A stretch of DNA of 64,000 bases from a virus, in the IMG/VR virus record IMGVR_UViG_3300005731_000013, positions 64,001 through 128,000 of that record; one strand, 5' to 3'. The notes beneath the pieces were generated by a model. It was not told the DNA's origin, made no database searches, and worked only from the letters and a program-made list of their open reading frames with translations. Below are positions 26,682 to 37,800 of this stretch, one piece after another. Each line of letters opens with the position of its first letter. Position 1 is the first letter of the stretch. The position numbers and the translations under genes were made by a program.

Positions 26682-27391
26682 TGTTAAAGTTAGTAGAGGC
26701 TAGTAAACGAATTCAATGGGAAACATTTACCAATCAAAATACGTTTTCAACTCAATTTGAAGTAAATGTTGGGGCTGTAACAATTTCTGAATCAATGTCA
26801 GATATGATATTAAGTTACAACACTTGGAGCGGCATACGATATCTAAATGATGATGGCGATTATGTAATTGGATATGGTATTGGGGACCCGGATGACCAAC
26901 AAGGCCAAACTGAAACTGATTCATATATCGAATGGATAGGTCATGTTCGTAATAAACAAAAAACTTTGAGAAATCAATTGCCAATTGTCAATATAACACA
27001 AACTGTTTTTGATGGTTTGATGAGTTTATATTTAGACACTGGAACTTGGCGAACAGTAACCTCAAATGAAGGCACTTATGATTTAGCCGATGCTGTTCGC
27101 AATGGTAATTGGTTATTGGTTGCGGACATTATTTCTAGAGGGAATGTAAATCCAAACAGAAGGCAACATGAGGCACGAGTAATACAATTAGCCGATTATT
27201 CGGCTAGTAAAGATAGAAATCAACAAATTATTCAAGGTATACAAAAATTGCGAACATCATATGTTAACGGCTTTTCAAATGATTTTGATAAAACACAAGC
27301 CGAATTTGTATATTACCGACAACTCGGGGTGTTCTTGCCTAACATGTCAAACTTAAGGCAACGACGCATCGTTGCCCAAGCTGTTACATAA
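26681..27391 (+). CDS. Lysozyme-like (GH24 fold) baseplate protein, apparently lacking the catalytic Glu
   Basis: VIGYG, ITQTVFDGLMSLYLDTG, RRQHEA. Confidence 0.65.
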   Translation: MLKLVEASKRIQWETFTNQNTFSTQFEVNVGAVTISESMSDMILSYNTWSGIRYLNDDGDYVIGYGIGDPDDQQGQTETDSYIEWIGHVRNKQKTLRNQLPIVNITQTVFDGLMSLYLDTGTWRTVTSNEGTYDLADAVRNGNWLLVADIISRGNVNPNRRQHEARVIQLADYSASKDRNQQIIQGIQKLRTSYVNGFSNDFDKTQAEFVYYRQLGVFLPNMSNLRQRRIVAQAVT

Positions 27392-27481
27392 TAGTAAACA
27401 TAAATGTATATAGCCAATTCACCAATCATTACACTGATAAAACAAATGGTGCTATTTGCTTGTATCGACTATTGTTGCTTA

Positions 27482-27724
27482 TTATCTCCAAGTGTCGCCA
27501 CGGCTACGAGCAATTTCGTCTTCAGAAAAGGCCCCGCCCATACGATCAGGATTCAAACGCCATCCCATTTCGCTGTTTGATTCCTCGAGATCAGCAATTC
27601 TTCCCTCTAGAGAACGGATACGAGCAATAGTTTGCACAACAAGATCACTGTTTCTAGAACCAATGCCCAATCCCTCAGATAATGTCATTAGTTCTTCAAT
27701 CAATTGTTCATTTGTTTTTGGCAT
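27482..27724 (-). CDS. Hypothetical protein (coiled coil plus WxxNPDRMGG motif)
   Basis: 80 aa, AAAGG ribosome site; antisense to flanking late genes. Confidence 0.75.
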   Translation of the reverse strand: MPKTNEQLIEELMTLSEGLGIGSRNSDLVVQTIARIRSLEGRIADLEESNSEMGWRLNPDRMGGAFSEDEIARSRGDTWR

Positions 27725-27736
27725 AATTAACCTTTC

Positions 27737-27764
27737 AACATGTCATAAACGTTTATGACATGTT
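27737..27764. repeat. Perfect 28-bp palindrome
   Basis: aacatgtcataaacgtttatgacatgtt equals its own reverse complement. Confidence 0.9.
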
Positions 27765-27790
27765 TGATAACATGAATGGATACTTTTGAA

Positions 27791-27976
27791 TTAAATCGAG
27801 CGGCGGCTTCCCCAAGCAACATTTTTACTACGTGAAACGTCCGCGGCATCAATTTCATATTCACTTTTGAAAAGGTTGCATTTGATAGTAACTTTGTCGC
27901 CGTTCATTGCAACAATAACACCTGCGTTACCATAAATGGTATATACATTTGCGCCTACTTTCAAGTTCTTACCCAT
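27791..27976 (-). CDS. Small hypothetical protein (SH3/KOW-like pattern)
   Basis: 61 aa, LKVGANV...GVIVAMNGDKVTI; AAGGA ribosome site; strong promoter upstream. Confidence 0.7.
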   Translation of the reverse strand: MGKNLKVGANVYTIYGNAGVIVAMNGDKVTIKCNLFKSEYEIDAADVSRSKNVAWGSRRSI

Positions 27977-28012
27977 GTCTTTGTCCTTTTGTCTTTTATT
28001 GCTTACAATATC

Positions 28013-28041
28013 AATATAAAGTAAAACGTTTTACTTGTCAA
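28013..28041 (-). promoter_or_regulatory. Strong sigma70 early promoter with palindromic spacer
   Basis: TTGACA-17 nt-TATATT; 28019-28036 is the perfect palindrome aagtaaaacgttttactt. Confidence 0.8.
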
Positions 28042-28073
28042 CTATAATTTATAAAAAACTTGGTTTTTCTTGC

Positions 28074-28081
28074 CATAAATA
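28074..28081 (+). promoter_or_regulatory. Late promoter (CATAAATA), 5 nt before the gp25 ATG
   Basis: CATAAATA-cttat-ATG. Confidence 0.7.
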
Positions 28082-28086
28082 CTTAT

Positions 28087-28452
28087 ATGGTAACATTTAT
28101 AGGTTTTTCATCATATAATAAACGTACTGGCACCCAAGTCTTAGAAGATAAGGAACTGGCCAAGCGTGATTTATTAAATCATTTTTATACCCGTCGTGGC
28201 GAACGATTGGGCGAGCCGGAGTTTGGCAGTATTTTGCCTGAATTACTTTTTGAGCAATATGATCAAGTTGTAATTGATGCAGCGGATGAAGATGTACGAA
28301 CAATTATTGGTTTAGATCCAAGATGGAAATTACAAGATTATGATATTGATATTGGCGAGCATACAATTACTATTACTGTCCAACTTCAATATGTGCCGGA
28401 CCTCAGTGTAGATAGGTTAGTATTGTCATATACTGATCAAGAAGGAATATGA
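28087..28452 (+). CDS. gp25: Baseplate wedge subunit gp25
   Basis: DLLNHFYTRRGERLGEPEFGS, DPRW; ATG 28087 preferred over TTG 28060. Confidence 0.92.
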   Translation: MVTFIGFSSYNKRTGTQVLEDKELAKRDLLNHFYTRRGERLGEPEFGSILPELLFEQYDQVVIDAADEDVRTIIGLDPRWKLQDYDIDIGEHTITITVQLQYVPDLSVDRLVLSYTDQEGI

Positions 28453-28468
28453 AAGAATGGAACAATAA

Positions 28469-31400
28469 ATGAGTCAAAGTATTAGACAACGAAATTTATT
28501 TGCAGCAGAAGATTATAGAGTAATTTATGATAGTTTTCGCCAGGCGAATTTTCAAGCTTACGATTATGATACAATTCGGGGTGCATTGGTAGAATATATC
28601 AAGCAACAATATCCAGAAAATTATAATGATTGGATTCAAAGTAGTGAATTTGTTGCATTGATTGAAACCTTATCTTTCTTAGCACATTCTCTTGCATTCC
28701 GAATTGATCAAGCAGGCAGAGAAAACTTTCTAAGCACGGCTACCCGCCGTGAAAGTGTCTTGAGAATTGCAGAATTTTTAGGATATACTGCAACACGACA
28801 TCAACCAGCACGTGGTCAACTTAAAGTCGTTGGCATTCGTACAACACAGGATGTATATGACATCAATGGTGCTTCGTTGAAAAACACAACTATTGATTTT
28901 GAAGATGCGTATCAAAATTTCCTGTTGGTAATGAATGAAATTTTGAATGATACAAATAAATTTGGACGACCTACAAATAGTGTTTCTATAGGTAACGTGA
29001 AAACTGACTTATATTCTACAAACAATAGTGCTGATAGAAATATTGTATTTCAAATTAATGGTGACGTGAATAATGTAACTAGATCATTTGAAATACATAG
29101 TTTGGATATAGATTCATCAGAACAATTAGTTGAAGCAGAACCTAATCCTGATTCATCTTTTGACCTAGTATATAAAAATGACAGCCAAGGATTGGGCAGC
29201 GGCAATACAGGTTTTTTTGTAGGATTCAAACAAGGTAATTTACAGTATAATGACATCAATGCAGACCAAGCAATAAGCAATCTTGTAATTGATCTAGGTG
29301 CATCAGATGTAAATGATAGTGATATTTGGGTTCAAGGAATTAATGGTGATGGTGAAGTTCAAGATTCTTGGACCAAGGTTGATTCAACTTTTGGCGCGAA
29401 TACAATGTTTAATACAATTAGACAAGATAATAGAAAATTGTATAGTGTTAAAACTGTAGACAATGATAATGTAAATGTTATTTTTGGTGATGGAGTATAT
29501 AGTGAGATTCCTAGAGGCATATTACGTATTTGGTATCGAACTGGATTGAATCAAACCTATACATTAGATACTTCGGATATTGGCACAGTCTCATTTAGTT
29601 TTGATTATAATGCAAAAGATAATAATACATACAAAGTAACATTCACTTGTGAATTACAATCACCTGTCACAAATGCAGCAGCACAAGAAACAATTACAAG
29701 TATTAAGAATAATGCAGGACGTGTGTTTGCAACACAAGATCGAATGATTACAGCTGATGACTATTCTGTTTATCCATTAACTGTAAGTGAAAACATTAAG
29801 AAATTGAAGGCAGTTAATAGAACTTACACAGGACATTCACGTTTCATCAAATCACAAGATCCAACTGCAACATACCAAAATGTTGATATGTTTGCAGATG
29901 ATGGTTATTTGTATACTGAAGGCAAGGTGTTTAGAAGTTCGTTGGATTTACCAACGAATTTATCAGCCGAACAGATTTATGAACGTTATTTGGCAGATAT
30001 CATAAAAAATCCTGAGGTCATTAACACATTTTATGACAAATATGATGTAAACAATGTCAGTTATACTACATCAGCAACAAGTTATGAATGGCAACAAATT
30101 ACATCAGGATATAAAGGATCAACTGGCTATTTGACTAAAAACAGTGTAATACAAAAGGTTGGTAGTAATGCAACAAATGACTTGAATATTTTACGACCTG
30201 GTGCAATAGTCGAATTTATTGAAGATCCATATGGAACTGGATCTTTAGGCGAGGCGGGCGATTCACTTAACATTGTTGATGGTGGGTCAGGGTATACTAG
30301 CATTCCGACTGTTACTATTAGAGGAACAGGAACAGGCGCAACTGCCATTGCTTCAGTCAGTGGTGGAAAAGTTACGTCTGTAGTGTTGACTGATGGAGGA
30401 CAAAATTATCAAAACCCAGTTATAGTTGATATTGACGGGAATGGAACAGGTGCAAGCGTATCAGTTGTAATTTCAAATTCAACAAGAACATGGGCCCGTG
30501 TAATTGATGTGACGTCTGAAGGGCAAGGTGTTGTTGACACTAATGGCAACCCAACAGGGTTAACATCTAGAGGTCAAGGAACGATTATTTTAAATAAGTC
30601 TATTCCTAATACAGCTAGAGTAAGTAGAATCTTCCCTGCATATAAGACTGAATTTTCAACAGATGAAAAAAATAATATTTTAAGTGAGCTAACAAGTTTG
30701 AATAATTTCGGATTGCGTTACTCAACAGTTGATAATGAATGGATTGTTATTCAATCAGGTGATTTGCCTGATGAGGATGAAAATAATCCAGATTACTTTA
30801 GTTTAGATTACGCAGGTAATGAAACAAATGGGAATTTGGATCACAGTTGGCTTATTCGTGTAAATTATAGTGCGGATGCATGGCGATTTATTTCTAGAAG
30901 AGTTAGATATGTATTCGGGTCAGATAATCAATTACGATTTTATAACCAAAATGGTCGACGTAAATTTAATGTTGACACAAACAAGCCAGAATATGATCAA
31001 GTAGTGGTCAACAGTGTTAATACACAACCTGGAGGATCAGATTATCCAATGGGTGTAGATTCTGTATTTTTTGTTCACAAATATTATACAGAGCCAGATG
31101 GGTATACTGATGATAGGAAAATGATTGTAACATTAGCTGATTATAACAATGACAATTATCCTGATAATCCAATGTCATTTAAAAATCTAGTATCAAATGA
31201 CACCATAACTATTGGGGAAATAACAGATGACGGGAATACATATGTTGTTAGAACTGATGACGGCACATCAGTAACAGGCAGAGATAATCTATCAGTAAAA
31301 TGGAGTAGGATTTCAAGTTCTAATTATAGAATCGATCCAAGTCTTAGCAATATTATTGATGTGTTTGTTCTTAACCAAAATTATGATACTAAATACCGTG

Positions 31401-31891
31401 AGTGGTTAGCAGGAACAAGAAATATTGACAATATGCCATCTATTCCAACAGAATCTGAACTTGAAACTCAATTTGCTGAATTAAATACAAAGAAAGCAAT
31501 AAGTGATTCTATCGTATATCGTGCTTCAGAATATAAAGTATTGTTTGGTGAATTAGCTGATATTGAATTACAAGGAAGATTTAACATTGTGAAAGTATCA
31601 GGAACAACATTAACTGATAGTGAGATTAAGTCTAGAGTGTTGACATCAATTAATGAATTTTTTGATTTAGATAACTGGGACTTTGGTGAAACATTTTATT
31701 TCACGGAATTGTCAGCATACATACATCAGCAATTGCCTGGAATAATTAGCAGTGTTGTTATTATTCCAGTTCAGACTGAAAGCCAATTTGGTGATTTATT
31801 CCAAATTACTCCGAATAGTAATGAATTATTCATTCCAGACGTAACATTACAAGACATAGATATTGTCGACTCATTAAATGCATTAAGGTGA
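28469..31891 (+). CDS. gp6: Baseplate wedge subunit gp6-like
   Basis: YDYDTIR, ENFLSTATRRESVLRIAEFLGY, FGDG, TQDRMITADDY. Confidence 0.9.
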   Translation: MSQSIRQRNLFAAEDYRVIYDSFRQANFQAYDYDTIRGALVEYIKQQYPENYNDWIQSSEFVALIETLSFLAHSLAFRIDQAGRENFLSTATRRESVLRIAEFLGYTATRHQPARGQLKVVGIRTTQDVYDINGASLKNTTIDFEDAYQNFLLVMNEILNDTNKFGRPTNSVSIGNVKTDLYSTNNSADRNIVFQINGDVNNVTRSFEIHSLDIDSSEQLVEAEPNPDSSFDLVYKNDSQGLGSGNTGFFVGFKQGNLQYNDINADQAISNLVIDLGASDVNDSDIWVQGINGDGEVQDSWTKVDSTFGANTMFNTIRQDNRKLYSVKTVDNDNVNVIFGDGVYSEIPRGILRIWYRTGLNQTYTLDTSDIGTVSFSFDYNAKDNNTYKVTFTCELQSPVTNAAAQETITSIKNNAGRVFATQDRMITADDYSVYPLTVSENIKKLKAVNRTYTGHSRFIKSQDPTATYQNVDMFADDGYLYTEGKVFRSSLDLPTNLSAEQIYERYLADIIKNPEVINTFYDKYDVNNVSYTTSATSYEWQQITSGYKGSTGYLTKNSVIQKVGSNATNDLNILRPGAIVEFIEDPYGTGSLGEAGDSLNIVDGGSGYTSIPTVTIRGTGTGATAIASVSGGKVTSVVLTDGGQNYQNPVIVDIDGNGTGASVSVVISNSTRTWARVIDVTSEGQGVVDTNGNPTGLTSRGQGTIILNKSIPNTARVSRIFPAYKTEFSTDEKNNILSELTSLNNFGLRYSTVDNEWIVIQSGDLPDEDENNPDYFSLDYAGNETNGNLDHSWLIRVNYSADAWRFISRRVRYVFGSDNQLRFYNQNGRRKFNVDTNKPEYDQVVVNSVNTQPGGSDYPMGVDSVFFVHKYYTEPDGYTDDRKMIVTLADYNNDNYPDNPMSFKNLVSNDTITIGEITDDGNTYVVRTDDGTSVTGRDNLSVKWSRISSSNYRIDPSLSNIIDVFVLNQNYDTKYREWLAGTRNIDNMPSIPTESELETQFAELNTKKAISDSIVYRASEYKVLFGELADIELQGRFNIVKVSGTTLTDSEIKSRVLTSINEFFDLDNWDFGETFYFTELSAYIHQQLPGIISSVVIIPVQTESQFGDLFQITPNSNELFIPDVTLQDIDIVDSLNALR

Positions 31892-31895
31892 TTAA

Positions 31896-34800
31896 ATGGC
31901 AAACAAATACATAGCCAATCCAACAACAGTAGTAAATTCAACACAAACCGCAGAAACAACTAATAGTCAAGAAATTCAAGATTACAGTGTGTTTCTACCT
32001 AATGTGAACCGTTCAGAATCATTAACACGATTTTTTGGCGCAACAGTAAATCAATTATTGAGCTCAGGCTCAACACAAAGTATTGATGCATATTGGGGGA
32101 GATTGTCTGGTAAAAATTATAATCCTGAATCAGAATTATTCAATCCAGAAATGGATGCAACCAGATTAAATTATCAATTTCAACCTGGTATTACGTCAAA
32201 AGTCGGAACTGACACACATCAAACAGTGTCATATATCAATTGGTTAAAACGTTTAGAAAGTTTAGGAACTGATTTGACCAATCATGATAGATTGTTTAGC
32301 GAAGATGGATATGTTCTAGATTTACCAGTCAATGCCGATATGATGATTAATTACTCAAATTATTATTGGTTAGAAGGCGATATCCCGTTGGTTCAAATTG
32401 AAGCAACGGTAGCAGATCCTATCGATATAGATTCTATTGTTGCTCAATCAACATATACTACTCCTATTCTAGAAAATCATAAATCAATTGAATTTGTATC
32501 TGGTATTCGTGTCCAATTTATTGGTAGCAATATTACTAGCACAAGTGGCGATTATTTTGCTGATTATACATATTACGTCGAAAATGTTGGTAGACAGGGC
32601 GGCATCAAATTGGTGCCGATAACTGATAACAACGGCGTAAATTTATTTCCTACCGTTACTCCATATTCAATCGCAATTCCAGAAGGCTGGGATACAGTGG
32701 ATTGGGATTCAACACCTTGGAGCGGAACAGCTGATTTTGAAGAATATGACATTGCGACCAATGCAACAAGAGATGATTTAAATCTTAATAAGAGTTACAT
32801 TGTTATGGAACGATGGGCAACTGATATGAATCCTTGGGCGAGATCAAACAAATGGTTTTCTTTGTACGCATTACAGGCCGCAACAGAATTTAATGAGTTA
32901 GATATTGAAGCATATCAGAATGTTCGCACTCGTGCAGATAGACCAATCATTGAATTTAATGCTAATATGGAATTATTTAATACATGTTCTAATTATGTTG
33001 AAACTGTTGATTATGTGATTAGTTTATCACAAGTTACTGTATTATTGTCTGGTGTGTCTGAATTCTTTATTGATGATGAACATGCTTTGCAAGATGGTGA
33101 TATTGTGCTAGTTGCAAAAGAAGACGAGAATGGTATAGAAATTACAGATCCATTGTCTGGCTCATACAGTCCGTCATTCAGTTCAGCCTTCAATTTAGGT
33201 GTGCAGACTACATTCTATGAAAATTCATATATTGTATCTGGAACTGGTGGCACTATGACGCTAATTCCACATAATACCTATAACGATGACGAATTTGTTG
33301 TAATTGATAAAGGTGTGTTTAAAGGACAAGTTTATGGATTCAAAGATGACGAATGGGGTATTTCACAAGTTAAAAATACTAGAGGGCAAGCGCCTCTATT
33401 TAATTTGTATAATCAAGAACAGACTCTATTGACAGATTTTGATGATAATGACTTTTCTGGTGATAAAATATTTGGATATAAAACAAATGGTGCGAGCGGA
33501 TATGACCGTGAATTAGATATACATCCGATCTATACAAATCAAGGAACATTTAATGATTATCAATTTGAATGGACCTTATCTAATCAACGTTATAATCAGA
33601 ATATCATTAATGATACATCTGAAGAAATTCGCGGATATTATTTTTGGAAAGACAGAGAAAATAATAAATTTTATAATGGCTGGTCAAATATTGATCAACG
33701 TGTGCCTGTCATTCAAACAAAAATTGCAGATGGCGTCAATCAACCTGTATTCGAATTAGGAACTGATAAAGTATCAAGATCTCAAGAATATTCAGTTACA
33801 TTTGAAAATGATGAATACAGGTGGTATGAACATAGTTATATCGCAAGAACACCAATAGGCTCGCCTAATCCATCATTCGTTTGGAAATATGATACTGATT
33901 ATACAATTAATACCGTAATTAGTAATTCGTCAAATTCTTTAGAATTTGTTGATCCGTTTGGTAATTCAACAAATATTGCAACAACGATAATAAATGATGT
34001 ATTGACTACTGTCAATGTAAATTCATCATATGAATATAATAAAATTATATATCGCAATCAAAATGATGCAACTGTATTTGGTGAAATATTTTTAAGCAAC
34101 TACAATCATAACAGATATATTGTTCAACACAACGGACAATACTTGATTGAAGATGAAGATTATACTTTTGCAGGCACAACCTTGACAATAACAAAGACAT
34201 TATTTGAAAATGATGTAATTGAATTGTCATATGTTGCAGATGTAGATTTAGAAAATGTAGTTTATGATGTTGCACCAGTTCATTTTTACAACAGTGACAA
34301 TAATCCATTTACTGAAATTGGGTATGATGATTTGATTTCACATCTAGGTGAACAGATGAATAATATGCCTGGCTTTAATGGAAAAGTGTCTGGAACAAAT
34401 AATTACTACAATATATATCGTCCACATTCATATGGCGGGAAAATTCGTCAACAAATATTTGGAACTAAAAAGATTCAATATTTGATGGATCAAGAAACAA
34501 TAAATCCAGTCCGTGCTTTAAAAACCTTTGCGTCTGATTATACATCATTTAAAACATATTTTAAAAACAAAGTGTATCAATTATGGACTACTGAAAGTTG
34601 GACAAGTGTTAAAGATTTAGTTGATCGTGCAATAAATGATATCAATATTGGCAAATCTGATGACTTTAAATATGCACATAGTGATATGGCATATACAAAG
34701 CAGCCTAGAACAAATGTAGCAGCAATAACTGATGCAACCACTACATTTGCATTACCAGCTGTGATCAACAAATATGGCGACTCTCAAAATCATGTTCAAG

Positions 34801-37800
34801 TTTGGCTTAAAGAATATGACGGAGTCAGCAGTTATGTTGAGCGACCATTAGTCAAAGGTATTGATTATAATATTGTTGATGACAATGTTGAATTGGCAAA
34901 TGCAGTCAATTTGAATGGAAGTTCAGATCCGGCAACATTGACCATACGATGGTATGATTATCAACAGTTGAGCCATATCCCATTCAGTTCAGTCAAATTA
35001 GGATTCTTTAGACCAACTCAAGTGGAAATTTTAGATGGAATTTTGATTGGTCATGATGGTGCTCGTCATGAGGCATCAGGCACAGAATTTAATGATATGA
35101 ATAGTAGTTCATTTGATGTAGTGACATCTGCATTATATGATTTTGAATTGCGTGTTTTCAATAATTTAGTAGATAAACATTCAATACAAGATGACATGTA
35201 TAATTATGACATGGGCGAATTATTCCCTAATCCGACTGACGAATTTGCATATTCATTAGCTGATTTGAACATTCATCTAGATGATTGGTTCAACCGTTGG
35301 GCAGTTAATAATAATATAACAGATTTAAATACCGTTGCATATGATGCTGGTGATGAATTTACTTGGAATTATAAATCAGTCTCTCCGTTTATCGGAAGCT
35401 GGAGAGCGTTGTATGTCTATATGTTTGGAACCTATAGACCAGATACACATCCTTGGGAAATGCTAGGACACAAAGTCAAGCCATTATGGTGGGATGCAAC
35501 CTATTCTTGGGATGCTGGTGCAGAACGTGATGCATTATTAACCGCATTAAAATTTGGTATTGTTGGAAATTCATCAACACCTGATGTAATTGACATTCGT
35601 TATGCTAGACATAATTATGATTGGGATAATGATATATTAGTTACAACTGATGGTGTGTTGAATGGCCCTGTAACTGCAAACGTTGTAGCATCTCCTGATG
35701 CTATTGATGCATCTAAGAAATTTGTATTTGGCGACTGGGGTGAAGTTGAAAACCAATGGCGAAATACATCAGAATATTATTATGCCTTGGCAGAAGCGTA
35801 TTTGCAATTATCACCATATAGTACACATGAATTATATTGGACGTTGCATGATTGGAATATTAATACAAATGTAACAGAAGCACAATGGGTTAATACAAAT
35901 TATTGTCAACGACGTTCATCATCAGAAATACATAATCAAGTAATAACTGATGGCGTCATCTCAAGTATTAAAGTTGTGAATGGCGGAACAGATTATACCA
36001 GTTTAGAATTGGCGTTCGATCAAGATGCTGTTTGCTATAAAAATGCATCAGCAATTGCATATTTAGATAATGGCAACGTGACTAATGTTGCTGTAACAGA
36101 ACCTGGCAGAGGCTTTGATAATGCGCCAAATGTTACATTGACTGCAAATGAAGAAGGCGACGGTGTTGTTCTAGAATATAATATTGATATGCAGTATCAT
36201 GTAACCCATTTGGGATTCAATACATTACCTGCAGAACAATATATTGATATATCATCTGATACAACAGCATTATCTGAACTTTTAGAAGAATTGAGCATCA
36301 ATTATATGTTGCATGTAGGCGGGTTCACTGACCAGCGAATCTTGTCTATTGAATTGGATGGTGATTATGCTGATGGAGTTATAAATGTTCCTGAAGATAG
36401 TTATTCGATTTTATTAGATAGAGGCGCACCAACAACATCTGTGTTCTATTCTGGAGTTAAAATTGATAAAGTTGAAGGTAAAGGTTATGTTGTAAATGGA
36501 TATAATCTAGATAGTAAATATTTTAATTATCTGACTCCATCAACAGCAGGAACGCAGACTAAGATTGAAATTGACAATGTGTCGGTTATCAAACATAAAA
36601 AATGGCGGAATGAAATAACACGGGTGCAATATGGAACTAGTTTCCATAAGCGTCAAGATTTATATTCATTCCTATTAGGTCTAGCACAATATTATGAATT
36701 AATCGGATTCGACGTAGTTACGCAATGGGAAATTGACGCCTTGGATGTTATGCGTTGGGCAATTGATTCAACACAAACAGAACCATATTATGTTAATGGT
36801 ATTGATGAATCATTGGTATATGCACAAGGCTCAACAGGAGTGGTGCAGACTATTGATGTAAATTATCATGGCGTTGCGAATGTAATTGACAATACATTCG
36901 CAAAAATTAAGCAGGCTGATTTGCTTGTATTGCGAAATGATACAGATACAGAAGTTACATTGAAAGATTCATCTAATAGGATTTATGGTATTGGATTGAA
37001 TGTTATAGAATATGAACATATTATTTCAATTGACAATGTCAGTATGTTCAATGACATTTTTTATATTCCTGAAATCGGCGCTGGACATAATCGTGTGCGA
37101 TTGGTTGGTGAAAAAACTCGTAATTGGAATGGTCGAATTGAAGCACCTGGTTACTTGGTTCAAGATACAGGATTGATCCTAAATATTGAATCAAGTGTTC
37201 GTGAATTCGAACATGATTGGATTTCATCTGAAAGTAAAGCATTAGAACGATTAACACGTCAAACAATTGGATTTAATGTAGGTTACAGCAAGCCTACATA
37301 CATGACTGATATGTTTATTGGTGATAAATCAGCATATAAATTTGAACAAGGCGAAAGAAAATATCGAGGAACAGAATCTGCAATTGAAGCCATGACACGA
37401 AATAAAAATATTTTCGGTGTCGAATTCGAACACAATCTATATGAGTCTTGGATGGTAAGACTTGGTGATTATGGAGATGTTTCGGAACGCAATCCATTGC
37501 AATTTGAAATTGATAATAATAAAATTAAAACAAATCCGCAACATATCAGATTTAATGCAGCATTCACTAGCGATAAATCAAATGATTTGATTATAGACTT
37601 ACATAAAGGGTCAGATAATGCAATAAGTGGTGATTTTGATACACCATTTGAATTATATGATGTATTGCCGAAAGACAATACAAGCATTGTGGCAAATGAA
37701 CCATTTCAGAACTTTACACGAGACGCGGGTCTGCCAATTGTTGATGAAATTGATTATTTCTTAAGTTCAATTGATGATATATCAACAATTTACGATCCAA

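Noticed and set aside
27456-27758. 100-aa plus-strand ORF
   Set aside because: Overlaps the better-supported minus-strand gene that has a ribosome site and promoter
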